Source: Oikopleura dioica
Lineage: Eukaryota; Animalia; Chordata
Direction: 5' to 3'
Assembly (NCBI GenBank): GCA_907165135.1
Contig: OU015567.1
Location: forward strand, 2,728,001-2,792,000
DNA length: 64,000 nt
Shown: positions 11,659 through 23,899 of the stretch, in pieces
Position numbering within the stretch: the first letter of the stretch is position 1
Layout: every line of letters starts with the position of its first letter
Made by a program: the position numbers and the translations under genes
Notes under the pieces: model-generated
Seen by the model: the letters and a program-made list of their open reading frames with translations, nothing else
Database searches by the model: none
Told to the model about the DNA's origin: nothing

Positions 11659-14600
11659 ATTTTCAAAAATCAAATTATTGTTTTTATATTAGAAGATCCC
11701 AACTGTAATTGATGATGTCATTTCGTTCCTTCTGCTTTGCTGGCTGCTCCCAAACCTCATGAACATTACTTCTTTAGCCACGTGCCACCATGTTGAACAG
11801 TTTAGTTATTTGGCATGTTTGAACGAACATTAAACTTTCTAAAACGCCCGTCAACGGAAAAAAAGATTCATGTGAAACTTGAATTCGTCCTCTTTTTTAG
11901 GACCAGTAATATCTGATCGGAGCGGAATGCATTTGACGACTTGATTAGCAGTTGATGGACGATCTATCATCGTAGCGAAAAATTCGAGGGGACGGAAATG
12001 GCGAGATACAACTATTTCCACGTTTTGCCTTTTTGCTCTCATCCTTTTTTCGGATCGTGCTGGTTAAGGTCTTCTCGAGTTTCGATTCCAAGTAATTCAT
12101 TTGTTTCGTCTGAGCTTATCGCGGTGGCGGAAGAATTTGAGTTTTCGTGAAAACTCGCGGCGATACGCTGACAATGCTTCAAGCTTCTTTCAAGCTTTGG
12201 CGTGAAGAAGAAGAGTATTTGTAAACAAGCGGGGCTGATAAAGTATATTCAGTAAGTGCCCAGAATCCCGTCTACCTCACGATTCTCAGTACAATTTTTT
12301 CTATAAATTCTCTTGTTTCAATATTCATATTGAAAATTTTAAAGTCAAATTTCAAGCTTTTTTATTTTTCGTTTATTGATTTGAAAATCAAACAGAAATG
12401 TGTTTAGGTGCTATTCACCCCCTAAATCAATTAAAAAAAGACACGACAATCGCAAATCGCGTTATTATTGTAACATACCAAATAATCAATGTTTACTCAA
12501 ATCCTCCGAGAAAAAGGAGAACAGATCTTATGACTCAATGTTTCTGACGTAAAAATTTGTTGCAGACAAACAGGCTAATTTTTGTAAATAAACAGATAGT
12601 TTTGTCGTTTAAGAAAATCAAGAATTAGCAAATTTGAAATTTTCGCCTTTGCCGAACTGTTCAATTCCAAGTCGCAGCGGAGGGGAAATTATCTTGTTGA
12701 AATATTTTTAATGAAAGACCAGATAAGGAGCCAGCATGACGTTTTTCCAGAGTGGCGAGAAAGTTCATCTAAACGCGGACGAGGGCCTAAGCCAATTATC
12801 AATCCTTTAGGATTCGCCCAGCCCAGCTACTACTATTCAATAGTTCAATTCCGTCGCGATTTTTTTATTTTTTTAATTTCTGACCGGAAATATTTTATTT
12901 CAGATTCTAGCTCAGATTTCGTTTTCTAAAATTTTTTTTGGCAAGAAGCCAACTAGTACTTGATGATTTTTTCAAGCACTTGAGTAGTTCTATGTTTCAG
13001 TTTTTCTCGGAGAAGAAAAATGCAGATGAAAATAAGGGTGTCCCTTTGTTAAAAGGAAAAGCCTCCTAAAATGAGTAACTTCCGGATCTGGGGAAGGAAA
13101 ATCACGAGACACCTTCCATGAACAAAACGATGATCTCTTCCTTTGGGCAGTTGAATTCTATGCGCGAAATCTGACAGCGAAAAGATTTTTCGACGAGAGA
13201 CGGATTAGAAACTGGCGCGTGTAGACCGGAAGTTATGCAACATTTCTAAACCTAATTGACGAACACGTGATTTAATTGACTCAACAATTTTTCCTCAGAA
13301 ACGGCTTTTTGAAATTTAAAATCCGGTTTTTCATGAAATGATCGGTTTTTGGTTTACATAATCTGTTACTTTCTGAAAGGAACCGCGAAATTAATTTTGG
13401 GGATGGAATAAAATCAAAGGTGCTCAAAAAAGGTCATTGGTGGAAAGTTGTAAAAGGGCGGCATTTGTTAGCGGCGAAAGATACTGGATTGTTGGCGGCG
13501 GAGGAGGAGGTAATCGGTGTTAGATTAATCCGGCTTCAGACTCAAAGCCTGTTCAGATCGAAGCAGGTCTGGACGGGATTAGCAAAATGCACAAAAATAA
13601 GGTGAAGCTAGAAGAGCGCCTTAATTTTTACAACCGATAAGAAACCAAAAATGATGGTTACGCAAATTTGCACGGAAATGGAATCACGCTCTTTTGCGAG
13701 AATTTGTTGTAGCATCCAGACCATTTTCTGACGTTCTCTCAAACAAAACTCTGAGGTCTTAAGTCTCCACACCTTTTGAAGCTCACTTTTTTGTAAAAAA
13801 GAGAAGGAAAGAAATGGGTGATCAGAGTCTTATTTTCAGGTTTACGTTTTAAATTAATTGTTATAATATGTACTCTATTTCTTTAAATTGTCCGTCCCTC
13901 AATAATTGGGTGGTAAAATGATTTAAATAATTTCTCCAATGATTTTAACGGAGAAAAATTCTCATAAAAACATAAACTTATCAAAATTATGGTTTTTTAT
14001 TTAAAACGAAAAAAGAGGCTTGCATATCCTTTTCGAGCTTATTGCCTTTATCTGTGCCTTGGTAGGCGTCTGCGACGACAAGCATGATGGATGTCGGTTC
14101 AGTACCAGCTGGGCCTTTGCTTTTTCTGTCTCAGTTATCAGGTAAAAAAAATAATGAACTGTCAGATTGATGCTTTTGCAGCTTGTTTTGGTGGATCCTG
14201 CTTATTCTCCAAGACAAATTGAAGTGCTTCTCTTGGAGTGGAATGTCAACGCTCGAGAAGATTATGTGGTTCATTCTGTACCACTTCGTCTACGCTGCAG
14301 CGATCATAACTATCTCGTAAGACAATGATGAACATTGCGACCCCCTTATTTTTAAGAAACGGAAAGAACAGTGCCAAAATCGCTGCAAATTGCTTCTGGT
14401 GGTTTGATCTTATTCTTTTCTTTTTCGAGGCTGCACTGATGGCAAATTTATTCGAGTAAATACTGTCACTCTGACGTGATCTATTTATAAACTTTCTAGC
14501 AACGTCCAAATCAAAGGAATCACAGATCAAGGGGCGCCGAATTCAAATGTTCAAGTCTCCAAGAAATAGAAAAAAGAGTCATTTATTTCAGTATTCTTTT

Positions 14601-14779
14601 TTTTTCTTACATTTTCTTACAATAAAGCTTTATTTTATTTTTTACGAAGACATATGTTTCAAAACGCCGAAAATTCTCTTCATCGATGAATTGTTATTTT
14701 GTCAGAAAAATAAGTCAAATAATTCGCAAAAGAATATCATTGAAGAAAATTATATTTTTAGATACATAATCAGAAGGTT

Positions 14780-17563
14780 TCATCCCATTTTCTCAAAAAT
14801 TTCTTCGACGAGTTCAGAATACTTGGCAGCTTGACGGATTCTGCCATCTCGTTTCGCATCATCAGCGGCCCTTTTATTATTATAATTAGGAATTTACTCT
14901 GTCGATCAGCTTTTCCATTGCCATACGAATTCAACCTAATTCAGTCCGAAAAGTTTCATTTTAACATTGTTAATTTCTCTTTCAAAAAAAAAACGTCAGA
15001 CAAAATCGAATCTTGATTCCCGGTCGTAACATAAAATTAATAGCGCGTTTAACCCTGCCCCGCCAAATGCACCTCAGGAGGTGCATTTTTCGATTTTTCA
15101 AATTTTCAATCGCTCATAATTTCTTCTGCACGATGTGATTTTTTCGAAATAATCCCTTATTCAAGAGAACTCTTCAGTATCTTTTATATACTATGAGAGT
15201 GAAAGTTCTACCTAAGTTGAAGACCCGAAAAAACGGGTTCGAAAATTGCATTTGGCGGGGCAAGGTTAATTACCTTTGATAGAAGTCGCAAGCCAGTTCG
15301 AGTCGCTCATTCGTGCCCATTCCTAATCCATGTCCTTTGAAATAAATATCCGCAATATTTGAAATGATCATGTGATATCGAATGAAGGGGGTGTTTGTTC
15401 CAGAATCGTAAAGCACAGTGTACCACTGAAGAGCCTTTCTCGGATCTCGCTCCATATGATGATAGCGCTGCGCCATTTTCCAGATGCAATTTTTGTCGCC
15501 GAAGAGGGCCGCTTCTTGAATCAATTCCCAGCCAGCAGCTGTGTCTTTCGGAATTTCGAGGTCTTCGAGCTCGTCTGTGTCTTGGCCGAGTAGTTTTGTG
15601 CCCAAGATTGTCATTGCTTTCAGATTTTTATATTCTCGCGCCGCCAGATTTAGGTGGAAAATTGCTGCCTTTTTTAAAGTTTTTATTTTTGCTCATTAAT
15701 CTTTTTGATATCTGCGCCTTAGAGAAATTTAAGTTCGTTTTCTGGCTAATTTTAAAGCTTTTCCTCAGTGACCAAATCCATGTACCAGCCACTACAGTAC
15801 AAGTCCGCAATTCCATAATGAACTAAAGCTGTCAATCAACAAGGAGTGGTTTTTCAAAACCTGAAGCTATCGGATGGGATTCGTGTTCTTTCGTCGACAC
15901 TGGCAGTTTTTCGATTCTAGAGACTCTCGACGAAGTCGGTTCATGCTTTTCAGTAATTGCGGAGGTTTCTGCTGGAACCCAGGTGTCTTCTTCTAGCGGC
16001 GGCAGGGTGCCTTTTGGTTAAATGTTAGTTCGTTCGTTCTTCACATATTTCTACAGTATGGTTTGCATATAGAATTTGACTACCAGTAGTTCTGCGGCGA
16101 ACAGTCATTTTCTGCGTCATCTCAAAAATTGTGTCTTGGATCGCCATTGTCATTTCTTCTGTGATTTCTGCCGGATGAAGTTCTATTTCTTTCAGTTTCA
16201 GCCTCTTGCACTCTATTATTGTGGTAGAAAACGAGTGAAAAAGAAGGGTAAACCTTTGTTACATCGATGAGAAAGGAAGAATAATGAGATTCCACGAAGA
16301 CCAAGGTTCGATTCTCCATAGCCTTCGCCATCGATTGTGTGGATACAGGGATCGGTGAAGATATCCTTAAATTTTGAGTTTGAAAATTCACCGTGAAACC
16401 ATAATTTTAAAATCAAATCATACAAAAGAAATTTATAATGTTGATCTTAGCTGAAAACTAATAATAACACACTGGATATTCCTGACACCACTGGAATGAT
16501 AAACCATTACCTGGACACCCTGAATATCGACGACAATATGCTTGTACTGCGACTTGACAAAAGTAAAGTGCGAAAAGGCGTGTGGCGTTGTTCGTGCCTT
16601 GCCCTCTTCACTTCCCGCGTTGACGTATCCAGCATTTGAACTTTCCAGAAGATAAGCTTATCTCTTTCATAACTCTTGCCTTACTTGTGTTTTTGATAAT
16701 CGCCCTCAATGAAAGATTCACAGTGAAAACATGGAGAAAACTCGCGCTCCTGAAATTCCACCACGCTCAGTTGCTTTAAAACTGCTGCTCAAAAATATTC
16801 AATACTTGGAATTCAAAAATAAGGTAAGTTAAAAGAATTTGAGCCCATGGCAGAAAGTCAATTTTCTTGTGCGGCTTGAGTTTGTTGTATTCTTCGGAAT
16901 AATATTTCGCCAAAGATTGGCACTGAGCATCTTGATAGTAATTCTCCGTTGGAGCAAAGTCCAGATATTCCTTCAAAACGACATTTGTGGCATGAGACCA
17001 ATCCGAGTCACGACCTATTTCAGCTTCTTTTCGTTGATTTTTCAAGTTTTTTACCTTCGAGAAATTTTGCCTTGAAAGCTCGGCGCATACAGCCCTCTGC
17101 GAACTGTTCGGATTCCATTTTGATCTGGATCCGCGTTTTTCGCCATTTTTGGGAAGAAGTATCGTAAGTGTGCTTCACTGCGTTTTCGTTCTTGAGCTTT
17201 TCGATGCCCTGAATGATTTGTGGTTGATAAAGGCTTGATCATCCGAGAGCAATTAACAGGTAGTGAGGAATTTATAGGTGAGTGACCAATTCTTCATTTT
17301 CAACCGCAAAGTTATGGTACTGTTGATATTTTTGATTCATAAAGTGTTTCGAAAGCGATATCGGGTGCAGATTTGGTTAATTTTAAATCTCGATCTAATG
17401 ATAATATTTAAAAATTCCTTTTTGCATTGGAACTTTCGATTTTATGGTGCCTTTTTGAAAAAATTTTCAACATGCCAAATATTTCTACCTTGAAAGGATC
17501 ATTCTCTTGCGACTTCGAAGCAGCAGAAAAGCCAACTGCTTTCCAAGAGTCCCTTCTTCCCAT
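14780..17563 (-). CDS. eEF2K: Eukaryotic elongation factor 2 kinase-like (alpha-kinase plus SEL1-like helical repeats)
   Basis: Exons give MGRRDSWKAVGF..ENDPFK, QIKMESEQFAEGCMRRAF, VVLKEYL, YYQDAQCQSLAKYYSEEYNKLKPHKKIDFL, FTDPCIHTIDGEGYGESNLGLRGISLFFLSHRCN, GWELIQEAALFGD..RKALQWY and ACDFYQRAADDAKRDGR..AAKYSELVEEIFEKMG*. Confidence 0.88.
15053..15265. mobile_element. piggyBac-like MITE (213 bp) in the last intron of eEF2K
   Basis: TTAA|CCCTGCCCCGCCAAATGCA ... TGCATTTGGCGGGGCAAGG|TTAA; 19-bp TIR with one mismatch; begins a few nt after the GTAATT donor. Confidence 0.85.
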
Positions 17564-17765
17564 TCTTTTTTCTTGGTGAAAATTAGTCTTTTCTCGATTT
17601 CGTGGCCGCGATTATTAAAGATTGAGAGGTGCTAAACTCGAGGAAAAAGCAAGAAATCTTCAAAAAAGTGCATATGGGAGCCGTTAATGTTTCATCACTT
17701 GATATTTCATCTTCGTTTCTACTTTACAAGTTACTGTAATGATTCAAAGAACAATGTTTATTTTA

Positions 17766-20700
17766 TTATAGATTCATTTTGAATTCGGTTTCGCAGAAAT
17801 TGGTCAGTTGCAGTAAATTTTTGTTGAGCAAAAATGAATCTGGGCGGAATCTGAGCTTATTCTGCTGATAACTGTAGCTTCCAGTTACAGAAATTTTCTC
17901 CAAGTTAAAGTTTCGCTTCAATTTTGCCTCCAATCTTTCTGATTCGGCGCTGGCGTCACAGGTGATTTTTAATTGATCGTTTTCGACAAACAGCTTGATC
18001 TTGACGAACTCAGAATTGTCCGTTTCTCCATCATCAAAAATAAATTCTCCATTTGCGAAGCCATTTTTCAGATTCAAGACAAGATCGAGGGGCAGTTTTC
18101 GAGCTTCAGAAAGAGTCATCGCTTTCTTCTGAAGAATCATGGCGGTTTCGGGAGGATAGAAAGCGGGAATTCGATTTGGGTCTGTCGGGATTTGAAGAGT
18201 TCCAGGAGATTTGACCTTCAAAAAACAATTAATTTAGAATCATTTTTGCGACTTACAGTAAAGCAGACAGAAGTATCGTAAACGTTGCACCAATCGCCTG
18301 CCTTTGGAAAATAGCACTCGACATTTTTCATCCCTGGTCCAAGAACGGGACAGACCATGATTTGCTCACCGACCCAGAATTGAGTGTCGATTGTGGAATT
18401 CCAAATCGGTCGGATGTACATTGACTCGTTCGCAAAAGTTGAAGTAAAGTAAGGAACCAGCTGGACGCGTTTCTCCAGCGCTATTCTTATCGCGTGCTGG
18501 CCATTTTTGCTCCAAACGAATGGTTCTTGTCCAGGAGCGCCGATGGTATTGTGGTTTCGGAAGAAGCTGTAGAGAAAGACTCCCATTTGATGCCAACGGA
18601 CGCACATTTCTTCGTCCGCATCAGGTCCTTGGAAGCCGCAGACGTCGACACCTGCCATTTTGATGCCGAAAATGTTAAGATTGATCATCGCAGTGATCGA
18701 ATATTTCAAATCTTCCCATTTCGAGAAATTGTCTCCAGTCCAATGCGCTTTTTGAGGAAACAAAAAAGAAAGATTCAGAAAAAAAATAAGCTCTAGAATA
18801 GTTTCCCATTCCTGTATGTCTTCCTGACGTCAGAGCAGTACTTCTCGACAAAATAAACGGCTTCAAATCAGGATTAAGCGCCTTCAATGCATAACTGGTT
18901 GCTTTCGACTCGTCAAGCCCGTAAAGATTGTGAAGATCGTAGTGGGTGCCAGCGCTCTGATTGTAACTTGGGCAAAGAGTTTTCGCGAACAAGCTTTTGT
19001 CCACAACTGGAAGTTCAAATTTGGGCGAATTGAGAGGACTGCTTGGGCAGCCGTTGGAACTTCCAGCGACGAAGTTTGATGGTTCGTTCATGTCGATCCA
19101 TATTCCGTCGAACTCGACTCCTTGAGTGTACAAGTAAGAGAACATTTCGAGCCAGTAGTTGTTTATGCCAGGGTGAGTGAAGTCGGGGAAAACGGTTGCG
19201 CCGGGCCAGACTTCTCCAACGGCAGGTTTGCCGGTTTCGTCCTTGATGAAGATGTCTTCTTCGATTCCATTTGAGTAGGGCAGGTAGTTGTCTTTTGGGA
19301 GTTACAAATGGTACTTCGCAATGAGCGTACAAGACTAGGAAAAATGGGAAAAGTCTCTAGACATTTTTTAAAAACAGACTGCTGAACACCAGAAAGTAAA
19401 GAAAAGTTACTGTTTTATGTAATTTCTGAGTTGTATATTGCTTGAAGATAAACACAAATGAAATCAAGCTATTCGAGTTTTCCCATTTTGAGGATAACTT
19501 TAAATTATACAGAAGAAAACATGACAAATTTGACATCACAAAAAGCAAACTTATTAAACTCGACCTTGAGTAGATATCGCTGGATCAATAATTACGACAT
19601 ATTTCTGTCCTTGAGCATGTATATCTTTTATCACTTGCGGCAACGTTCCATAAGCATCAGGATCAAAAGTAAAGTCCTTCTTTCCATCCATGTAATCAAT
19701 ATCGTTCCATTGCACTTCCTGCGGCATCTTTGCTTCACGCATTTTCTGATTGACGTTCCAGGTTTCAGCGGAAGAATTGTAGCCCCAGCGACAGAGGTGG
19801 TAACCAAAAGCCCACTCGGGAGGGGAGTAGGTTGCGCCGATGATCTCTTGGATGATAGAAACGGCGTTTTCGGTCGAATTTCCGCGGATGACAAAAAGGT
19901 CGATCATTCCTCCGATTGCTCTGATCGTCATTCTGTCCTAGATAAAAACAATAAGGGAGTGATAAAGAAAAATCTTATACCTTGAAAGCCTGAAACTGCT
20001 TGCCATTAGAATTCCAGAAGATGTAGCCTGTATTTCCAATGAGAAAAACCGGCTGATCTCCATACAAATTAAGATCAACGATTGGAGGCACATCCCTTGT
20101 CCAAATCGAATGGGCCCACCCGTCACGCGGTACGACCAGGGGTCCTCTTCTTTCCCCAATTCCGTAGACAGGCGTTTCGGGATCAAGAGGGATAGAAAAC
20201 TCGATGAATTGATCAGAGAAAACCAGAGGGCCAGTGAAGTAGTCTTTTCCAAGTTTGTCGCCATCATTGACACTCGGAACAAAAGTCGAATTGGGAGTGA
20301 AAACAGGTGTTTCGGGATGGCGATGTCGGGAGTCAGAACCATCAGTGATTTGGATTCGATCGACGAAAGAGTTTTCGGAAAAGGTTTGCCGGTCGATTTG
20401 GTAGAAGAGGTTGAGCAGGGTGTCAGGCCAGGTTGGGTGCTCTATGCGAGTGAGTTTGGCAAAGCCACTGTTTTAGGTAACGAAATTTGGTCTGTATCAT
20501 GATCATGGAAGTTTTCTTTATTTTGATTCAAGAGCTCTGCAATTTTAATATACATATTTCCAAAAGAATTTTTAGCTTTATGTCGTTTAAAAACTGAATC
20601 TAGAATAAAATTTACCATTCCTATTCGGATTGATCAGCCCGTGTTGAACGACAGTATAATCTGTCCCTGTCGTGTAGGTACACCAAGGAGCTCCTTTCTC

Positions 20701-20914
20701 ATCACTAGGGACCCAACAACAGTTCGATTTCATACAGTCCCACTCATCAGTTGGCGTGTTTGGTCGGCAATCATAATGTTCTACTCCGCATTCTTTTAAA
20801 TGATTTTAAGATGAGTTTTAGATAATTATTTTCAAATAAAAATATCAAACTTTAAAAACCGTTTCCTTGGGCCAATCCAACCGCGAAAAGAAATTGCACG
20901 GCAAAGAGCGCCAT
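17766..20914 (-). CDS. GAA-like: GH31 alpha-glucosidase with P-type trefoil domain (GAA/maltase-glucoamylase-like)
   Basis: Signal MALFAVQFLFAVGLAQG; trefoil YDCRP..WDCMKSNCCWVP..PWC; TIRAIGGMIDLF; PPEWAFGYHLCRWGY; QWNDIDYMD; catalytic nucleophile motif WIDMNEPSNF; acid/base motif HWTGDN; GVDVCGF; FFRNHN. Confidence 0.93.
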
Positions 20915-21288
20915 CAAGCGGCTTTGCTAAATTTTCTTCTTCGTTTATCTCTCAATTTTTATAAATGGAAAAAAACCGAGACTTTTATTTTTCCGCAACA
21001 TTTGTCGATTTTCTCAAAATCGGTCACGCACTTGGTTCGTGCCAAAATCTGCCTCGGTGGGAGCGCGCCAAATTCAAAATTACTGTAGCTCGCTAAAGAA
21101 CCAGCTCAAAATTTTCGCGGAAATACTGTAAATCAAGTGCATGATAGAAAAGTCAATTCAATAAAATTTCATCGTGAACAATTAAAGCTAATATTTTCTC
21201 CCGGTTATGATACAACTTGAACCTCGTTTCTAGGTCAATGTCTGACCTTCCTGCTCATTCAAACCAGACGAGGGGCAATTAGCATTTA

Positions 21289-23128
21289 TTATTTCAAGTA
21301 AAATGAAAGACATACAGTCAGCAATGTACAGAAGTGGGCAGCGGAAGAAATCCATGCAAGGACAAATCCAACGCCGGGTTGTATCGTTGTCCTAGATTTT
21401 TGATCGATCAAAAAATTTGATAATTATCAAAAATATGATGCTTACCCGCCAATAAGTAAAGAGGGCTGGGATCGAGAACGGGACCACGTGACATATGCGA
21501 GCATACAGATGAGTGAGAGAACTAAAAAACTCTTGAATTTCGAGCATTTCCATCAAACTTACGAATTCCAAGAGAAAATGCAAATGCCACAACGATTCTC
21601 CTCTTCTTCCCAAAATCGAAACATACTGTTTCGAGCGACATTCCCATCAAAGCTAAAATGCCTTTTCTTTCAGCTCTCTTTACTTTCTCCCACCTGCTGC
21701 CAGAAGAGCGCTGAAAACAAAATGCACAATCATCGTTATCCTCAGCGTCTCAACATCTTCCGGCAGTTTTTCGTCGACTCTTCCGATGTCAACATTGTCA
21801 AGATTTTGACAAATTGATCCTTCCCTTTCTGATCCTCCGAGGGGAATCCTTCTGGTGCAATGTCGGAATAAGCCGAAGTGAATTTCTTGAGCGAAAGGAA
21901 TGCTGGAAGTGTTGGTTGAAACGATGACCTGCTCGAACCAGTAATTTGAGGTGAGGCAAGTGGCTTGGAGGGCAGTTGTCAGGAGGGCGGGGTGGACCAC
22001 TTTGACCAGTGTGTAATATGGGCAATGCTAAGCGCTAATCCTTTGAGCTCTGATAAATACGAAATGAGCTCCCACGGTGCATCTCGCCGATAAAACTTGT
22101 CGATCTATCACCTTCCCTATCCCGGATAGGCTATGCGTTCATGAGCACAAAAGATGCAACATGCCCACCGAAATGTGCTAACTCATCCAGTGACACTCCT
22201 CGGCTCAACTTGTGACAAGCGTTGCGTCGAGTTGGGCCAAGGAGAAGCCTCTGCAGGAGTTTACACCTGGTGGTGGGCACATTACTCCTCCATCAGGGCG
22301 ACTTAGCGCCTTCCTCGACAGAGAGTGCACGGTCCATCAGATTTCCGGCATTTCAATAACTGAAAATCTTCGGATCTAATCAGAATGGGTATTATTAAGA
22401 AGGAAATCTATTCTGCATGCAGAACTATTCTGCAAAAAGTGAAACTATTCTGCGCTTCGCAGAACTATTCTGCATAGTGTCGAAAAAATTATCTTCATTT
22501 AGAGACTAAGTTTCAGTGTTCGAAAGCACGCTGCGGGTCTACGGCCCTTGCGCGCAAGTTCTGGTAGGGAACTCATTTCTGAAGCTGGCCAAGTTTCTCT
22601 ACTCTCGCGCCTCCTTTGACAAAAGTCGTTTTTCTTATATGAGAACTATTTTGCATGCAGAATTGCTTCGAAAGTTGCCCAAAACATGGCATCGCATTTG
22701 ACGAAAATAACGGAAATTAAAAAAATCTGGTTTCGGTGCTTTATCACTGATAAATTATCAGTGAACTTCTCCCTTCAGGATATATAATAACCCTTTTCTT
22801 TCAATAGTTATACTTATTTGTATCATTTATTTATTAGTTATCATTAGTAAATTTTATCGGCAAGATGCACCGTGGGAGCCCATCGCGTATTTATCGGATC
22901 TCAAAGGATTAGCGCTTAGCATTGCCCATATTACACACTGGTCAAAGTGGTCAGCCCCAGGAGGGCGGGAATGACGGCATAAGCCAAAACTAAAGCAGAA
23001 TCTACGGCTCCCGGTTTTTTTTAAATTGATGAGAAATTTTTATTAGAAACAAATTCATCTTATTTTAAACTCCTTCTCTTCCTACCGTTTATCTTCTTAG
23101 GCGAAATATTAATCTCAAACTGGCTCAT
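21289..23128 (-). CDS. Claudin/PMP22/EMP-family four-TM protein, exon 2 interrupted by a transposon (3' end approximate)
   Basis: Exon 1 (23128-23086) MSQFEINISPKKIN-G|GT joins in phase to exon 2 at 23001. With the insertion and one TSD removed it reads DSALVLAYAVIPALLTTALQATCLTSNYWFEQ..IHFGLFRHC..C (claudin W-GLW-C-C signature); later GVGFVLAWISS. Confidence 0.8.
21990..22957. mobile_element. 968-bp non-autonomous Mutator(MULE)-like element
   Basis: Exact 10-bp TSD CAGGAGGGCG at 21980-21989 and 22958-22967; GGG..CCC termini; about 115-bp imperfect TIRs beginning GGGTGGACCACTTTGACCAGTGTGTAATATGGGCAATGCTAAGCGCTAATCCTTTGAG. Confidence 0.88.
22405..22670. repeat. CTATTCTGCA-repeat module nested inside the MULE-like element
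   Basis: Several AACTATTCTGCA copies and TTCTGCATGCAGAA palindromes; homologous in inverted orientation to about 46718-46970. Confidence 0.65.
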
Positions 23129-23899
23129 TCTGTGCCTCTTTCTCCAACTCGGCGACTTTTCTCACGGTTCAAAAATTAGAAGAAAAAACCTTCAGAAGAG
23201 TTGATGGCCCCTGCCTAGCTCATTCATCATTTCCAGTGACAAAAAGCGCTGCTTTGGAAAACTTGGCTTGATAGAAAATATTTTCTTGAAAATAAAAAAG
23301 CTGGCCTCTTCTAAGGCTCGAAAAGAGTAGCCAGTTTAAACAGCGCTTACGATCAAGGGCCCTCAACTGATGAGCCAGCTTCTCAGGAGAGAAGCAGTCT
23401 CAATTTCCGATTCAAAAGGCTCTGGCTTGTTTTTGATAAAAATTCTTGCCACCCTACCATTTATCTTTTTCATCAGCATTTCTCTGAATTTGAGATTATC
23501 GGTCTAAAGAGACTTTGTGGCGCGTAAACTAAATTATGTCTTTCTCTGAACCGTGACTTCAGTATACTCGCCGTCATGTCTTTCCTCGTCATCGTTTTTT
23601 AGCTCTAGTCGTTCTTGATTTTCAAAATCTCCATATTCATGAGTCCCCTTTTTCTAACGGTAAAAAGTGGAGACATCCAGCAGAGCAGGAGGCGTTTAAT
23701 CTTGTTCTTTATATTTTTCTCGCGCAGTAGGGAAGCAATTGTTCGCCAAAAATCCAGCGACAAAAGAAGAACAACGATCCGATTCTGCTAGTTTTTTTCT
23801 TTGTACGGAATCAGGAACCAGAACGACCGTAAATTTCAGAGGGCAAATTTCTACTTTTTAATCGTCTTCTATTCGACCTTCTGGAATTTTCCATAAGAT

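Noticed and set aside
11740-14530. Possible additional minus-strand gene(s) downstream of eEF2K
   Set aside because: Coding-like patches exist, but I could not assemble a consistent reading frame or recognise a family.
14500-23128. Operon of co-directional claudin-like, GH31, eEF2K and downstream genes
   Set aside because: Intergenic gaps are about 200-370 bp with an AATAAA right after the GH31 stop, and there is no sequence-only evidence for SL trans-splicing; 5'-SL read data would be needed.
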